Notes under the pieces: model-generated
Seen by the model: the letters and a program-made list of their open reading frames with translations, nothing else
What the model was told of the DNA's origin: nothing
Databases searched by the model: none
Program-made: the position numbers and the translations under genes
Assembly (NCBI GenBank): GCA_964573135.1
Contig: CAZNIO010000002.1
Span: 2,535 to 66,534 of the forward strand
Direction: 5' to 3'
Source of the DNA: an uncultured Gammaproteobacteria bacterium
GTDB taxonomy: Bacteria; Patescibacteriota; Patescibacteriia; UBA2196; GWA2-42-15
DNA: 64,000 nt
Part shown: piece by piece, positions 42,132 to 52,514 of the stretch
Position numbering within the stretch: the stretch's first letter is position 1
Layout of the letters: each line of letters opens with the position of its first letter

Positions 42132-43484
42132 ATGAATACAACAACAAAAATCCTAGCTTATTGCCTCCTTCTTATCTTCCTGGTATTGCCCTTCACCGTA
42201 AATTCCGAGGGTAGTAGTGATTTAATAATTAGCAATCTAAGTTATACAAATCTTCCCCCTGCGGGTGACGACCCTTACGCATATTTCAATATAACTATTA
42301 AGAATCAAGGTACACAAACAGCCAAATTAACCGGTGGAATATTAGAAGAGCATATTTTTTGTTTAACTATATATAATTCAACAGACGGGGAAACATACAC
42401 TGAAGTGGGCGGAAGTTGCCGAGGAAAAGATGAATTATTAAATCCACAAGCGGAAACCGAATTTAGTAATGTATTTACTTATCGAAAATCGAATTGGACA
42501 AATGCTAAAAAAGTTAAAATAACTCTGGACGATTCCGCCAATGTTGTTCATGAGAGTAATGAGTGTAACAACAGCATGATTCTTGATATTGCCAGCGGGC
42601 AAAAAACATCAGGTTGGGATAAGGATACATATTGCCAGCAAGACCCAATCCCTCCTGCTGATACTACACCTCCCACTATAAACAACGTCAGTATTGTCCA
42701 GGTTAGTGAAACTCAAATCGGAATCAGCTGGACAACAAACGAAGATACTGTTTTTCTAGTTGACTTTGGAAATTCGGCAGGAGACTATCATTTATTCGGA
42801 GGAGGCAATAATAAAAACTATAAAAAAACTCACAGCTACTCTCGAGATACCCTGGAGACGGATAAAAAATATCATTTTCAAATTACTGCCATCGATTCAT
42901 CTAGTAATACCACTCGAAGTAGTGATTTTAGTTTTACTCTTTCAAAAAACCAGGAGCCACCTGTAATCGTACCGACAACGATAAGTAATAAACCAAGCAA
43001 TATGGCCAAACGATTATCCGGCAGACTGCTTTTAAGCGTAGAGGATAACGGAAAAGTGTGGTATGTAGATGATAATAAATATCAAAGGCATAATATAACT
43101 TGGGATAACGCCTTAGCACTCTTTGAAAATTTTGCCTTAGGTATTACCGACGAAAATTTATTAAAAATTCCAGCTGCCGTGGATAGCATTAAACCTGATT
43201 TGGATACAGATGAAGATGGCTACACAGACAGATCAGAATTAACTCATGGCTTTAGCCCATATACACCTGGAGCATATCAAGGTAAATTTTCAATAGATAC
43301 TAATTTAGCCAATAGGCTAAAAGGCAAACTACTTCTTCAGGTTAATCAAAAAGGAGCAATTTGGTATGTTGACCAAGATGGAAAAAGACATAGCGTTAGA
43401 TGGGATAATTTAATGGATTTATTTAGAAAATTAGCTTTGGGTATTAATAATAATGACTTAGAAGAAATCGAAAAAAGTGAATGA
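42132..43484 (+). CDS. Secreted protein: CARDB-like + FN3 + DxDxDG repeat + duplicated GxLLLxV..G.xWYV domain
   Basis: Signal peptide; SDLIIS..TIKNQG..VHESNECNN; ISWTTNED; DTDEDGYTDRSE; two C-terminal repeats. Confidence 0.8.
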   Translation: MNTTTKILAYCLLLIFLVLPFTVNSEGSSDLIISNLSYTNLPPAGDDPYAYFNITIKNQGTQTAKLTGGILEEHIFCLTIYNSTDGETYTEVGGSCRGKDELLNPQAETEFSNVFTYRKSNWTNAKKVKITLDDSANVVHESNECNNSMILDIASGQKTSGWDKDTYCQQDPIPPADTTPPTINNVSIVQVSETQIGISWTTNEDTVFLVDFGNSAGDYHLFGGGNNKNYKKTHSYSRDTLETDKKYHFQITAIDSSSNTTRSSDFSFTLSKNQEPPVIVPTTISNKPSNMAKRLSGRLLLSVEDNGKVWYVDDNKYQRHNITWDNALALFENFALGITDENLLKIPAAVDSIKPDLDTDEDGYTDRSELTHGFSPYTPGAYQGKFSIDTNLANRLKGKLLLQVNQKGAIWYVDQDGKRHSVRWDNLMDLFRKLALGINNNDLEEIEKSE

Positions 43485-43581
43485 ATATTAACTCCTTCTT
43501 CTACCAAATATCCCCAATTATAATTCCTTCAAGCAAAAACGAAGTTTAAATCCTCGTTTTTGCTAATTTTTACAATAAAAA

Positions 43582-43656
43582 TGTATAAGGTTGACAAAAT
43601 TTTGTATAAGGTTTACAATAAAAATGTATAAGGTTCAGCCGAATTTGTATAAGGTT
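43582..43656 (+). promoter_or_regulatory. Four phased direct repeats TGTATAAGGTT overlapping a consensus promoter
   Basis: Copies at 43582, 43603, 43625, 43646; TTGACA(43591)-17-TACAAT(43614). Confidence 0.85.
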
Positions 43657-43657
43657 T

Positions 43658-44392
43658 ATGGATATCAACTTAATTACAATTAAAAAAGCATCTGAAATAC
43701 TTGGTGTTTCAACTCAAACCTTACGTCGCTGGGATGAGAGTGGTCGCCTAGTTTCGGTTCGTGGAAAAAATAATTATCGTTATTATAAAAAAGAAGATAT
43801 CAATGAATATATAAAAAATAATTTAAAAGATATATTCAAAATGGCAAAAAATTGGACTTTGAACAAAGAAGGAACTGAACCACAATCTGATTTTTATTGC
43901 AAAGATATTTATATTTTTAAAGCTAGAGCAGATAAACTAGAAAGGGAATTAAATAAAACAAAAGCAACAAAAGAAATGTATGCTTTAGTTGGCAGCATTG
44001 TCGGCGAGATTGGTAATAATTCTTTTGATCACAACCTAGGCAATTGGCCAGATATCAGAGGAATATTTTTTGCTTATGATTTAACCAAGAGAATAGTTAT
44101 TTTGGCAGACAGAGGCCAGGGCATCTTGGCCACATTAAAAAAAGTTAAACCAGAATTAAATAATCATTTAGACGCCCTGAAAACTGCTTTTACTGAAATT
44201 ATTTCTGGTCGTGCGCCAGAAGCTCGCGGCAATGGCTTAAAATTTGTAAAAAAAATGGTAATGACATATAATTTAAATTTATTTTTTCAAACCGGCGACG
44301 CAATACTTAATATTTATAAAAAAAATAAAAAATTAGAAATTAAACAATCTACTGTTAATTTTCACGGTTGTTTAGCTTTAATCCAATATTAA
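43658..44392 (+). CDS. MerR/excisionase-type HTH fused to a GHKL (HATPase) domain
   Basis: ASEILGVSTQTLRRWD..G..YRYY; EIGNNSFDH (N box), DRGQG (G1), RGNGL (G2). Confidence 0.85.
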   Translation: MDINLITIKKASEILGVSTQTLRRWDESGRLVSVRGKNNYRYYKKEDINEYIKNNLKDIFKMAKNWTLNKEGTEPQSDFYCKDIYIFKARADKLERELNKTKATKEMYALVGSIVGEIGNNSFDHNLGNWPDIRGIFFAYDLTKRIVILADRGQGILATLKKVKPELNNHLDALKTAFTEIISGRAPEARGNGLKFVKKMVMTYNLNLFFQTGDAILNIYKKNKKLEIKQSTVNFHGCLALIQY

Positions 44393-44393
44393 T

Positions 44394-44687
44394 ATGACTA
44401 TTTTATTTAAAAAATTTGGTACAACTTTAACTGGACGGCAATTTGGCAAAGAAGCTTTTGCTGCTTTTTTGCCTTCTTTAAAAGATGTGGGCAGTGACGA
44501 GAAAATAGAAGTGGATTTTGAGGGCGTTAATGTATTTACACCATCTTGGGGAGATGAATTTTTAAGTCTGCTGTTAGAAAAATTTGGCAATAGGGTATTT
44601 TTAAAAAATACACAAAACCCTTCTGTCAAAACAACTATCGAACTATTAGAAGAAATCCATAAAATCAAATTTAACGTGGAAAGTTAA
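44394..44687 (+). CDS. STAS-like (DUF4325-type) protein
   Basis: FGTTLTGRQFG, VDFEGV..FTPSWGDE. Confidence 0.8.
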   Translation: MTILFKKFGTTLTGRQFGKEAFAAFLPSLKDVGSDEKIEVDFEGVNVFTPSWGDEFLSLLLEKFGNRVFLKNTQNPSVKTTIELLEEIHKIKFNVES

Positions 44688-44777
44688 TGCTTTTTTGACA
44701 TACAAAATAATATCGAAGCATCAAAAAAATCTCCCAAATATTTTGGGAAATTTTTTCTTTAGGTTAATTAAATAAAA

Positions 44778-45509
44778 CTAAGGACAATTAGTGGCTTTAC
44801 GGAACCCTGCGTCTTCAGCCTCTTTCTCTGTACAAAAATACTTTTCACCTTTGCGAATGTCTATTTTTACTCTATCATAATTATCACAACCAGGCACTAA
44901 ATATGTCATGCCAAAACCTTTTTCTGAAATATTCCCTTTTATAATACACTGCGGATCACTTGGCCCTAAGTCCTTTTCTTGCTTTGATGTATCAATTCTC
45001 TCTTCATAATCACACTCGCCCCATAATCCCCTCTCCTTTCTCCTCGCTTCTTCCTGAGCAGATGACAATAATGCTCGATAATATTTATCTGGTGGAATAG
45101 CCGTCGCTATAGCATAACCTTGTCGCACCAAATAGTCGTTAACTAAAACATTATCCCCGTCTTCAACCAACAAAACCGCATAGCGCAACCAACGATCATA
45201 TCTGTCCTTGTCGGTAATATCTTTTTCTAGTTTAACTTTTCTTTTATCAATTAAATCCGTTAGCGCAATCCTTGCTTCGTTATAATAACATTCACCTTTT
45301 TCTGGGCTATCAATACCCATTAGCCTAATCCTAATATTATCGTCTATTCTAAAAGTGTCTCCATCAATAACGCTCTTTACTAAATATATTTCCGTGCCTC
45401 CCAATTTATCAGAAAAAATCTTGGGAGCTAAAATCCGCCCACCCGCCAAAAGACCCAACAAAAAAAGTATAGCCCCTAAAATAAAACTATGTTTTTTATT
45501 ATAAGTCAT
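44778..45509 (-). CDS. Thermonuclease (SNase) with a C-terminal Cys-rich domain
   Basis: VIDGDT, IRLMGIDSPE, DRYDRWLRY, ERGLWG; CIIKGNIS..FCTEKEA..AGFR. Confidence 0.9.
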   Translation of the reverse strand: MTYNKKHSFILGAILFLLGLLAGGRILAPKIFSDKLGGTEIYLVKSVIDGDTFRIDDNIRIRLMGIDSPEKGECYYNEARIALTDLIDKRKVKLEKDITDKDRYDRWLRYAVLLVEDGDNVLVNDYLVRQGYAIATAIPPDKYYRALLSSAQEEARRKERGLWGECDYEERIDTSKQEKDLGPSDPQCIIKGNISEKGFGMTYLVPGCDNYDRVKIDIRKGEKYFCTEKEAEDAGFRKATNCP

Positions 45510-45520
45510 AAAAACTACCC

Positions 45521-47203
45521 TTAATTATTAATATCAAATAAAAACATTCTCCCTATCCTTATCTCATCATAGGAAAAATCACTTGAAAGAATTTCTTTAA
45601 CTGGTGCTAGCTTTGTATCACCACTTTTTTTAAAAGCTCGACTTATTTCCTCTAAACGACTTGTCTCTGGAATTAAATATTCCAAATCAACATCAACTCC
45701 CCTAGCTATCATTTTCTCCAAATGAGATAATACAGTCCCCTGCGTCATTCCACGTATCTCAGCAATTTCCGCGATTGAAAGTTTTTGATCAACCAACTTC
45801 TTCGTTCTTTCCTGCGAAGAAACTTTCTTCTCTCTCCTTTTTCTTTTTTCTCCTTTTTCTTCTTCTGAAGGTAAAATTGAATTTAAAAATCCTCTTTGTC
45901 TGGCTTCTTTTTCTTTAATATCTAAATTTTGAATTTCCAAGGTATTATTTTCTGATATCCCAATAAATATTTTATCTAACTTTAATATATCTTCATTCAC
46001 TCGTAGCGCCAAATTATTTAAACCCATCAATCGCAAACCACTGATTGATCTCACTCGTGAAAGACCCACATAACCCATACCCTCTACAAATGATTTTGAA
46101 AGATCAATTTCTGCCCCATCTAAAGTCATCCCCTGACTCTTATGCACGGTAATCGCCCATGCCAACCGTAAAGGAATCTGTACTATTTCAGCTTTTATCT
46201 TCCCCTCTTCCTCAATCACCCAACTTTCAGGCATCGCTGTAATTTCATCACCCAAAAAAGTTTTAACAACCGGCATGCCATATTCATCAAAACCAATTAT
46301 CCTTCCCAAAGTCCCATTCACGTACCCCTCATCAAAATTATTTTTGACAAACATAACCATCGCTCCCTTTTTTAATATTAATTCCTCTGGTGCCAAGCAA
46401 TTCTTAGCCAAAATTTCTCCAAGCTTGCTAGCACCATGAACCTTCATGGCATATTTTTTTATTTCACCCGGCACCTTGCTCAACTCTCTATGATTTACCA
46501 TATCCACATCTACATTATGCGTAAACAGTTTAGTCGGTGTTATCTGGCCCTCAATGTCCCTCTTGTAACTGCCCCTTAATAACTCCAGGGTATGTTCGCC
46601 CGTGTCATTTGTGCGTATGTCATTCAAAACACTGGCTAAGGCATCATCACCGGTCTGCCTATACTGCTCACTTAGATAACACACCTTCAAATCCATTTCG
46701 TCCCAAATTTGAGATTTGTGAACAAATTCTGCCTTTCCCTCACCCTTACTAATTGGAGGTAATTGAAAAAAATCACCACACAATACTATTTGCATTCCTC
46801 CAAACGGGCGCATGTCCTGCCGAATCATTTTACAAACATAATCAACCATATCTAATCGATATGAATGCAACATAGAAATCTCATCTATAATCAACACCTT
46901 AGTTCGCGACAAGCGACTCCTGAGTCGCCCATTTTTTTGAAGCTTCCTTAAATCACTTTCTTGTAATTCATCTTTTATACCTATGCCTGCCCAAGAATGA
47001 ATGGTAATACCATTCATATGCGTAGCCGCAATACCAGTTGAAGCCGTTACTCCCACGGCCACTCCTTTTTCTTTTAAAAAACTAATATATCTATTCAACA
47101 AAAAAGTCTTCCCGCTTCCAGGAGACCCCGTCAAAAATACGTTCTTTCCCAATTTTAATATATCCAGTGCTTCTTGTTGTTTCATATTTATATAATATAG
47201 CAT
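45521..47203 (-). CDS. PIF1-family helicase with a C-terminal HTH
   Basis: TGSPGSGKT, IIDEISM, GDFFQLPP, QIPLRLAWAITVHKSQG. Confidence 0.92.
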   Translation of the reverse strand: MLYYINMKQQEALDILKLGKNVFLTGSPGSGKTFLLNRYISFLKEKGVAVGVTASTGIAATHMNGITIHSWAGIGIKDELQESDLRKLQKNGRLRSRLSRTKVLIIDEISMLHSYRLDMVDYVCKMIRQDMRPFGGMQIVLCGDFFQLPPISKGEGKAEFVHKSQIWDEMDLKVCYLSEQYRQTGDDALASVLNDIRTNDTGEHTLELLRGSYKRDIEGQITPTKLFTHNVDVDMVNHRELSKVPGEIKKYAMKVHGASKLGEILAKNCLAPEELILKKGAMVMFVKNNFDEGYVNGTLGRIIGFDEYGMPVVKTFLGDEITAMPESWVIEEEGKIKAEIVQIPLRLAWAITVHKSQGMTLDGAEIDLSKSFVEGMGYVGLSRVRSISGLRLMGLNNLALRVNEDILKLDKIFIGISENNTLEIQNLDIKEKEARQRGFLNSILPSEEEKGEKRKRREKKVSSQERTKKLVDQKLSIAEIAEIRGMTQGTVLSHLEKMIARGVDVDLEYLIPETSRLEEISRAFKKSGDTKLAPVKEILSSDFSYDEIRIGRMFLFDINN

Positions 47204-47269
47204 ACATTATTAATTTTCAAATAACAAAAAACAGCCCTAACGGCTGTTTTGTTAATATAATCTAAAAAA

Positions 47270-48727
47270 TTATCTATCAATATATTCTTTATACTGCGAA
47301 CTATTCTGCCAAGCCATCCAACTAATAGTTGGATGTACGGTCTTACCGCCAAATCTCATGGCTTGAGTAATGGCCACTCCAGGATATTTACCATAAATAT
47401 ATGCATTAGTTAAAATCGTCCAGTTAGAATCACTTACTCTAGTATAACCAATTTGTCTATGAATAAAAGCTTTTAACTCATTTATTTTCTGTTCCTCATA
47501 GGCACCCGATAATTTAGGCCTAAGATACCTTTCAGGTTTTAATCTACTTTCTAAAGTACTCCCGGGTATTAAGGGATCATAACCATATTTCATTTCATTA
47601 CCATCTCCATAAGAATCCCCATCGCTGTCAAACAAAAAAGGATCTGTACCAATTTCTAATTCATAATTATCTGATAACCCATCCTGATCATGATCAAAAA
47701 AATCAGCCACAGTATCTTTTCGTTCTTCAACTTGGGGGCCATAAGGCTCAGCTGAAGATGTAGTAAAAGTCATTTCATTAGTTATCTTACCTTTATTATA
47801 TAAACCCCCAAACGCCTCTATCTTGTAATAATATGTTTTATTAGATTCAATGTCAGTTAAAGTTATCTGATGATCTAAACTTCTCTTCTCAATATTAACA
47901 TCAATCCGCTTGTCATATTTACCCTGAGTAGTACCTAAGTGCAATCTGCTCTTGGCAGCTAAATTTGTTTTCCATTTTATAGTTGCGGAATTATTAGTCA
48001 CATAACCGGGATCAGAGGCCACTGGCCGAATATCATAAATTTGTAGTTCAATATTTCCCTTAATAATACCACCCGTTCTAAACTCTAAAAATGATATTTT
48101 TTTATTCCCTCCTTGATCTTCTGCAATAATTTTTACATAATATTTAGAATATGGATAAAGTTTGTATAAAAACATTTCATGGTATTTATGAAAGGCTTTA
48201 TAACTAGCTCTACCACCCAAGCTATCCTTGTAATACCCATACTGTACTGCTGCCCTAGTTAACTCATTTGTTTCCCAACTAATCACAGCTGCATCTCGGG
48301 TCGTCTGCAATACCCTCTGCCCGACAAACTCTGGATAAACAGTATCCTTCATGCCACCAGTAGAAAAAACTTGAACAAAAGACTCCGTCTTTTGCTGAAA
48401 TTTATTATACGCCACTATTTTATAATAATAAGTAGTATCCTTTTGTAATTCATACAAAAGAACCTCATGTGAAAAATCATAAGCTCCATAACCCGCAGTT
48501 CTTGTTAAATCCTCAGCTATTTCTCCAAAATAGATAAAGGCCTTTGTTGGCTCCTGTGCTGTATACCACTTAAGCTTAGCTGTACCATTTTTAACGTCTG
48601 TCACCTCAAAACGGCTAAAGTAAGTACTTTGAGAAAAAACCGGCATGCCAGCAAATATCAATACAAAAACAATTGCTGACAACAACAATTTTTTCATTAA
48701 ATTATGAGAGTATTTAAGCTTTATCAT
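47270..48727 (-). CDS. Secreted FN3-repeat protein with DxDxDG repeats
   Basis: Signal peptide, three FN3-like units (W.T...YYYKI.A), DHDQDGLSD/DSDGDSYGD. Confidence 0.8.
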   Translation of the reverse strand: MIKLKYSHNLMKKLLLSAIVFVLIFAGMPVFSQSTYFSRFEVTDVKNGTAKLKWYTAQEPTKAFIYFGEIAEDLTRTAGYGAYDFSHEVLLYELQKDTTYYYKIVAYNKFQQKTESFVQVFSTGGMKDTVYPEFVGQRVLQTTRDAAVISWETNELTRAAVQYGYYKDSLGGRASYKAFHKYHEMFLYKLYPYSKYYVKIIAEDQGGNKKISFLEFRTGGIIKGNIELQIYDIRPVASDPGYVTNNSATIKWKTNLAAKSRLHLGTTQGKYDKRIDVNIEKRSLDHQITLTDIESNKTYYYKIEAFGGLYNKGKITNEMTFTTSSAEPYGPQVEERKDTVADFFDHDQDGLSDNYELEIGTDPFLFDSDGDSYGDGNEMKYGYDPLIPGSTLESRLKPERYLRPKLSGAYEEQKINELKAFIHRQIGYTRVSDSNWTILTNAYIYGKYPGVAITQAMRFGGKTVHPTISWMAWQNSSQYKEYIDR

Positions 48728-48827
48728 ACATTAAAATTATATCATAAATAATAGATATTGTCAAATAAATCCCAATTTTCCCCCTTCTGTGGTATAATTA
48801 AAATATTATAAATAACCCCACAACCCC

Positions 48828-49868
48828 ATGTCTATCAATCACATTTTTAAAGCTGGTGTTGAAAAAGACGCCTCAGATATTCATTTAGTCGTCAACCGAC
48901 CACCCGTTATTAGAATCAATGGTGAACTCGTTGAACTAAAGGACTCCCCACTCACCAAATCTAAACTCGAAACACTGGTTCTCTCAATCCTAAGTGCGCC
49001 ACAAAAAGAAGAATATATTAAAAAAAGAGAATTAGATCTGGCCTATGAAATAGAAGGCTCCGGGCGCTTCAGAGTTAATCTCCATTTTGAAAAAGGCATG
49101 CCCAGCTTAGTCGCAAGAATTATTAAAGACGAAATACCAACCATGGAAGGCATTGAAATGCCAGAAATTGTCTACTCATTGGCTCGTCTCCATCAAGGCC
49201 TAATTCTTCTCACTGGTCCCACTGGATGTGGCAAATCAACCTCTCTTGCTGCCATGGTTGATCTGGTCAACAAAGAAAGAACTTGTAATATTGTAACTTT
49301 GGAAGATCCAATTGAATTCACATTTAAACCAAATAAAAGTATTGTCCGCCAAAGACAATACGGTTCTGATTTTCTTTCTTTCCCAGAAGCTTTAAAGCAC
49401 GTCGTTCGTCAAGACCCAAACGTGATTATGGTTGGCGAAATGAGAGACTTGGAAACCATCGGTGCCACATTAACACTGGCTGAAACAGGTCACCTGGTCT
49501 TAGCCACCCTTCACACTTCAAACGCATCACAAACCATAGACAGAATTATAGATATTTTTCCACCACATCAACAAGAACAAATAAGAATGCAATTATCCAT
49601 GTCGCTTGCCGGGGTCATATCCCAACAACTGATACCAACACCAGGCAACACCAGTCGTATAGCGTCTAGAGAAATAATGATCAATACCCCAGCTGTAGCC
49701 AACCTGATACGTAAAAATAAAATATCTCAAATTAAAACCATTATCCAAACCTCAGCTGACGACGGCATGACGTCCATGGATCAATCCTTAAAAATCATGG
49801 CTGAAAAAGGATTAATAGAAAAAGAGGTAGCACAAGCATACGCCGTTGATCCAAGCATGATAAAATAA
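48828..49868 (+). CDS. pilT: Type IV pilus retraction ATPase PilT
   Basis: ASDIHL, TGPTGCGKSTSLAA, EDPIE, RQDPNVIMVGEMRD, ETGHLVLATLHT. Confidence 0.92.
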   Translation: MSINHIFKAGVEKDASDIHLVVNRPPVIRINGELVELKDSPLTKSKLETLVLSILSAPQKEEYIKKRELDLAYEIEGSGRFRVNLHFEKGMPSLVARIIKDEIPTMEGIEMPEIVYSLARLHQGLILLTGPTGCGKSTSLAAMVDLVNKERTCNIVTLEDPIEFTFKPNKSIVRQRQYGSDFLSFPEALKHVVRQDPNVIMVGEMRDLETIGATLTLAETGHLVLATLHTSNASQTIDRIIDIFPPHQQEQIRMQLSMSLAGVISQQLIPTPGNTSRIASREIMINTPAVANLIRKNKISQIKTIIQTSADDGMTSMDQSLKIMAEKGLIEKEVAQAYAVDPSMIK

Positions 49869-49872
49869 ATAC

Positions 49873-49921
49873 TTCTAATAATTTAAAAACACCCCAATGG
49901 GGTGTTTTTAAATTATTAGAA
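49873..49921. terminator. Perfect palindrome with 24-bp arms; bidirectional terminator
   Basis: TTCTAATAATTTAAAAACACCCCA-A-TGGGGTGTTTTTAAATTATTAGAA between convergent pilT and tRNAs. Confidence 0.75.
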
Positions 49922-49923
49922 TT

Positions 49924-49996
49924 TACGCCCACTAGGGCTCGAACCTAGGACCTTATCCTTAAGAGGGATCTGCTCTACCAGCTGAGCTATGGGCGC
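49924..49996 (-). tRNA. tRNA-Lys(CTT)
   Basis: Acceptor GCGCCCA/TGGGCGT; anticodon arm ATCC-CT-CTT-AA-GGAT. Confidence 0.95.
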
Positions 49997-50008
49997 ACAG
50001 TTTCTATT

Positions 50009-50082
50009 TGCGCCTGGAGGGACTCGAACCCCCAACCTTCTGGTCCGAAGCCAGACGCTCTATCCAGTTGAGCTACAAGCGC
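50009..50082 (-). tRNA. tRNA-Arg(TCG)
   Basis: Acceptor GCGCTTG/CAGGCGC; anticodon arm TCTGG-CT-TCG-GA-CCAGA. Confidence 0.95.
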
Positions 50083-50228
50083 ACAAATAAAAAAATTTTT
50101 AGAAGGCGAGATTTTTAAATCTCGCCTTTAAATATAAACTAATGATTTAAAAAATAACGATACAAAACCCAAACTAAACTACACAAAATTAGCACCTCTT
50201 AAAAAGTACAACAATTTTTCAAGCCAGT

Positions 50229-50540
50229 CTAGCTATCTTCTCTTCTCTCTTCATCCACGTGGGAATGTTTTAAGGCATCCTTTAGCGTTTTGCCAGCACG
50301 AAACTTGGGTACAGTAACCGCTGGCACCTGAATCCTTTCACTTGGCTTCTGCGGATTAACTCCTCCCCTGGCTGACCTAAACTTTGCCAAAAATGTACCA
50401 AAGCCAGTCAAAGTAACCTCTTCTCCTTTCTTCAAATTCTCTATAACAACTTCCTCAAAACCCTCTAGGACTTGAGTTACCACTTTCTTGTCTAAAGACA
50501 CCTTGTTTGCTAGTTTTTCGATTAGCTCTACTTTGTTCAT
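50229..50540 (-). CDS. HU family DNA-binding protein
   Basis: MNKVELI, VTLTGFGTF, R.GVNPQ, VPKFRAGKTLKD. Confidence 0.95.
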   Translation of the reverse strand: MNKVELIEKLANKVSLDKKVVTQVLEGFEEVVIENLKKGEEVTLTGFGTFLAKFRSARGGVNPQKPSERIQVPAVTVPKFRAGKTLKDALKHSHVDEERREDS

Positions 50541-50639
50541 ATGTTTCTAATCTTTTTTAACAAATTAAGACCTTTTACTAATAAAATATAACACTTTTAT
50601 TAAATTCTAGCAAAATTATTAAAAAACAACAAGTTTAGT

Positions 50640-52154
50640 TTATCTGGCATATTCCTCAATTCTTGATTCACGTATAACTGTCACCTTAATCTCTCCTGGA
50701 TATTTCAACTCTTCTTCAATCCTATTAGCAATCTCTCTTGCCATTTTCTTGCAACCCCAATCGTCTACAATCTTTGGCTGCACAAATACACGCAACTCTC
50801 TGCCAGCTTGAATAGCATAAGTTTTTTCAACCCCTTCAACATTCTTAGCCGTTGCTTCTAGATCCTCTAATCTCTGAACATACTGCTCATAAGTGTCTTT
50901 TCTAGCGCCAGGCCTAGCACCTGAAATTGCATCAGCAGTTTTAGCTATTACACCTTCCAGACTTTCAGGATGATCCATGTGGTGTTCCAATGAAATCCTG
51001 GCAATCTCCTCTGGCAAACCAAACTTCTTCATAATATCATAACCAATCTTAGGATGCCCACCTTTCACCTCATGATCAACTGCCTTACCTATATCATGCA
51101 ACAATCCTCCTTTTTTAGCCACCATAACATCAGCCCCCAGCTCCTCTGCCAACAATCCAGATAACATTGATACCTCGATTGAATGCTGTAATACATTATG
51201 ACCATAACTTGTCCTAAATTTAAGTCTACCCAAAATCTGAGTTAATTTAGGATCAAGACCGCCAACTCCTACAGTATACATAGCGTCCTCTCCTGCTTTT
51301 TTAATTTCAAGCGCCAACTGCTTTTTAGCTTCTTCAATAGCTTCTTCAATTCTACCAGGATGAATCCTTCCATCAGCCATTAATTTTTCTAAAGCCACTC
51401 TAGCGACTTGTCTCCTAATAGGAGAAAAACCAGAAATCCAAATAGTCCCCGGTGTTTCATCTATTATAAGCTCAGTACCAGTTAACTGTTCAATCGTTTT
51501 AATATTTCTTCCCTCTTTACCAATAATTCTACCCTTCATTTCATCATCTCGTAAAATTACTGTAGTGGTGGTTGTATCAACTGAATGATTTGTAGCACAT
51601 CTCTCAATCACTCGCGATAACGCTTCCTTTGACTTTTCTTCCAATTCCTCTGTGTTCTCTTTTTCTATTTTGCGCACTCTGCTATATAACTCTTCTTTTA
51701 CCTCCGATTCCACATTATTCATCAAAGCCTCCTTGGCTTGATCTTGTGTTAAGTTAGAAATTTTTTCTAACTTTTCCATACCCTTCTCCTTGATCTTAAG
51801 TAATGAATCGCGAAGATCATCAACCCCCTTTTCCTTGTCTGTAAGCTTTTGTTGCTTCTCTTCAAACTCAAGAATCTTTTTATCGAACATGCTTTCCCTT
51901 TTCTCAATCCTTCTTTGAATACTAGTTAATTCCCCCCTTCTTTCATCCTCGTCTTTCTTAGCTTTTTCAGTCACTTCCAGAGCCTTATTTTTGGCATCAA
52001 TCACAATCTCTTTTTGCTTGTCTTTGGCTGCACTTAAAATTTTCTCAGCCTTAGCCTCTGCGTTTTCTGCTTCACGCCGTGCCAAAGTACGACGAAAATA
52101 GTATCCGGCAACAATACCGATACCAAATACAATTAAAAATATAAAAATTTCCAT
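50640..52154 (-). CDS. rny: Ribonuclease Y
   Basis: TM anchor, coiled coil, KH (KGRIIGKEGRNI), HD (LLHDIGK), ADAISGARPGAR. Confidence 0.97.
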   Translation of the reverse strand: MEIFIFLIVFGIGIVAGYYFRRTLARREAENAEAKAEKILSAAKDKQKEIVIDAKNKALEVTEKAKKDEDERRGELTSIQRRIEKRESMFDKKILEFEEKQQKLTDKEKGVDDLRDSLLKIKEKGMEKLEKISNLTQDQAKEALMNNVESEVKEELYSRVRKIEKENTEELEEKSKEALSRVIERCATNHSVDTTTTTVILRDDEMKGRIIGKEGRNIKTIEQLTGTELIIDETPGTIWISGFSPIRRQVARVALEKLMADGRIHPGRIEEAIEEAKKQLALEIKKAGEDAMYTVGVGGLDPKLTQILGRLKFRTSYGHNVLQHSIEVSMLSGLLAEELGADVMVAKKGGLLHDIGKAVDHEVKGGHPKIGYDIMKKFGLPEEIARISLEHHMDHPESLEGVIAKTADAISGARPGARKDTYEQYVQRLEDLEATAKNVEGVEKTYAIQAGRELRVFVQPKIVDDWGCKKMAREIANRIEEELKYPGEIKVTVIRESRIEEYAR

Positions 52155-52514
52155 ACACGCCTTATCTTTTCGAAGATAGAGAAAAGAGACTGCCTAACAC
52201 CTAAGTTGGCAGTAAATTAGTAACAGCAAGAAAATCCTTACTATTATCAAGAGTTGTTACCTTGTTTAAAGTAAACAAGCACAATTTTGAATCAATATGA
52301 ATTAAAAAATTCATTAAGTTATTTTGAAATATTACCAATCAATTTCTTATTTATCCTGACTGTCTAATTACTAATTTCTCTTATCTCGAAATTATTTAAA
52401 TAAGTTAAAAATTTAAAAAATCGACTAATTCTATTCTACCACAAACAAATACTTGTGGCAAGCCTTGATTTATTTCAAACAATATGATAGTATTGGAATA
52501 ATCGTAATAATTAA

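Noticed and set aside
43582-43656. Possible mini-CRISPR
   Set aside because: Repeats are 11 bp with 10-11 bp spacers, two spacers are alike, and there are no cas genes; an operator fits better.
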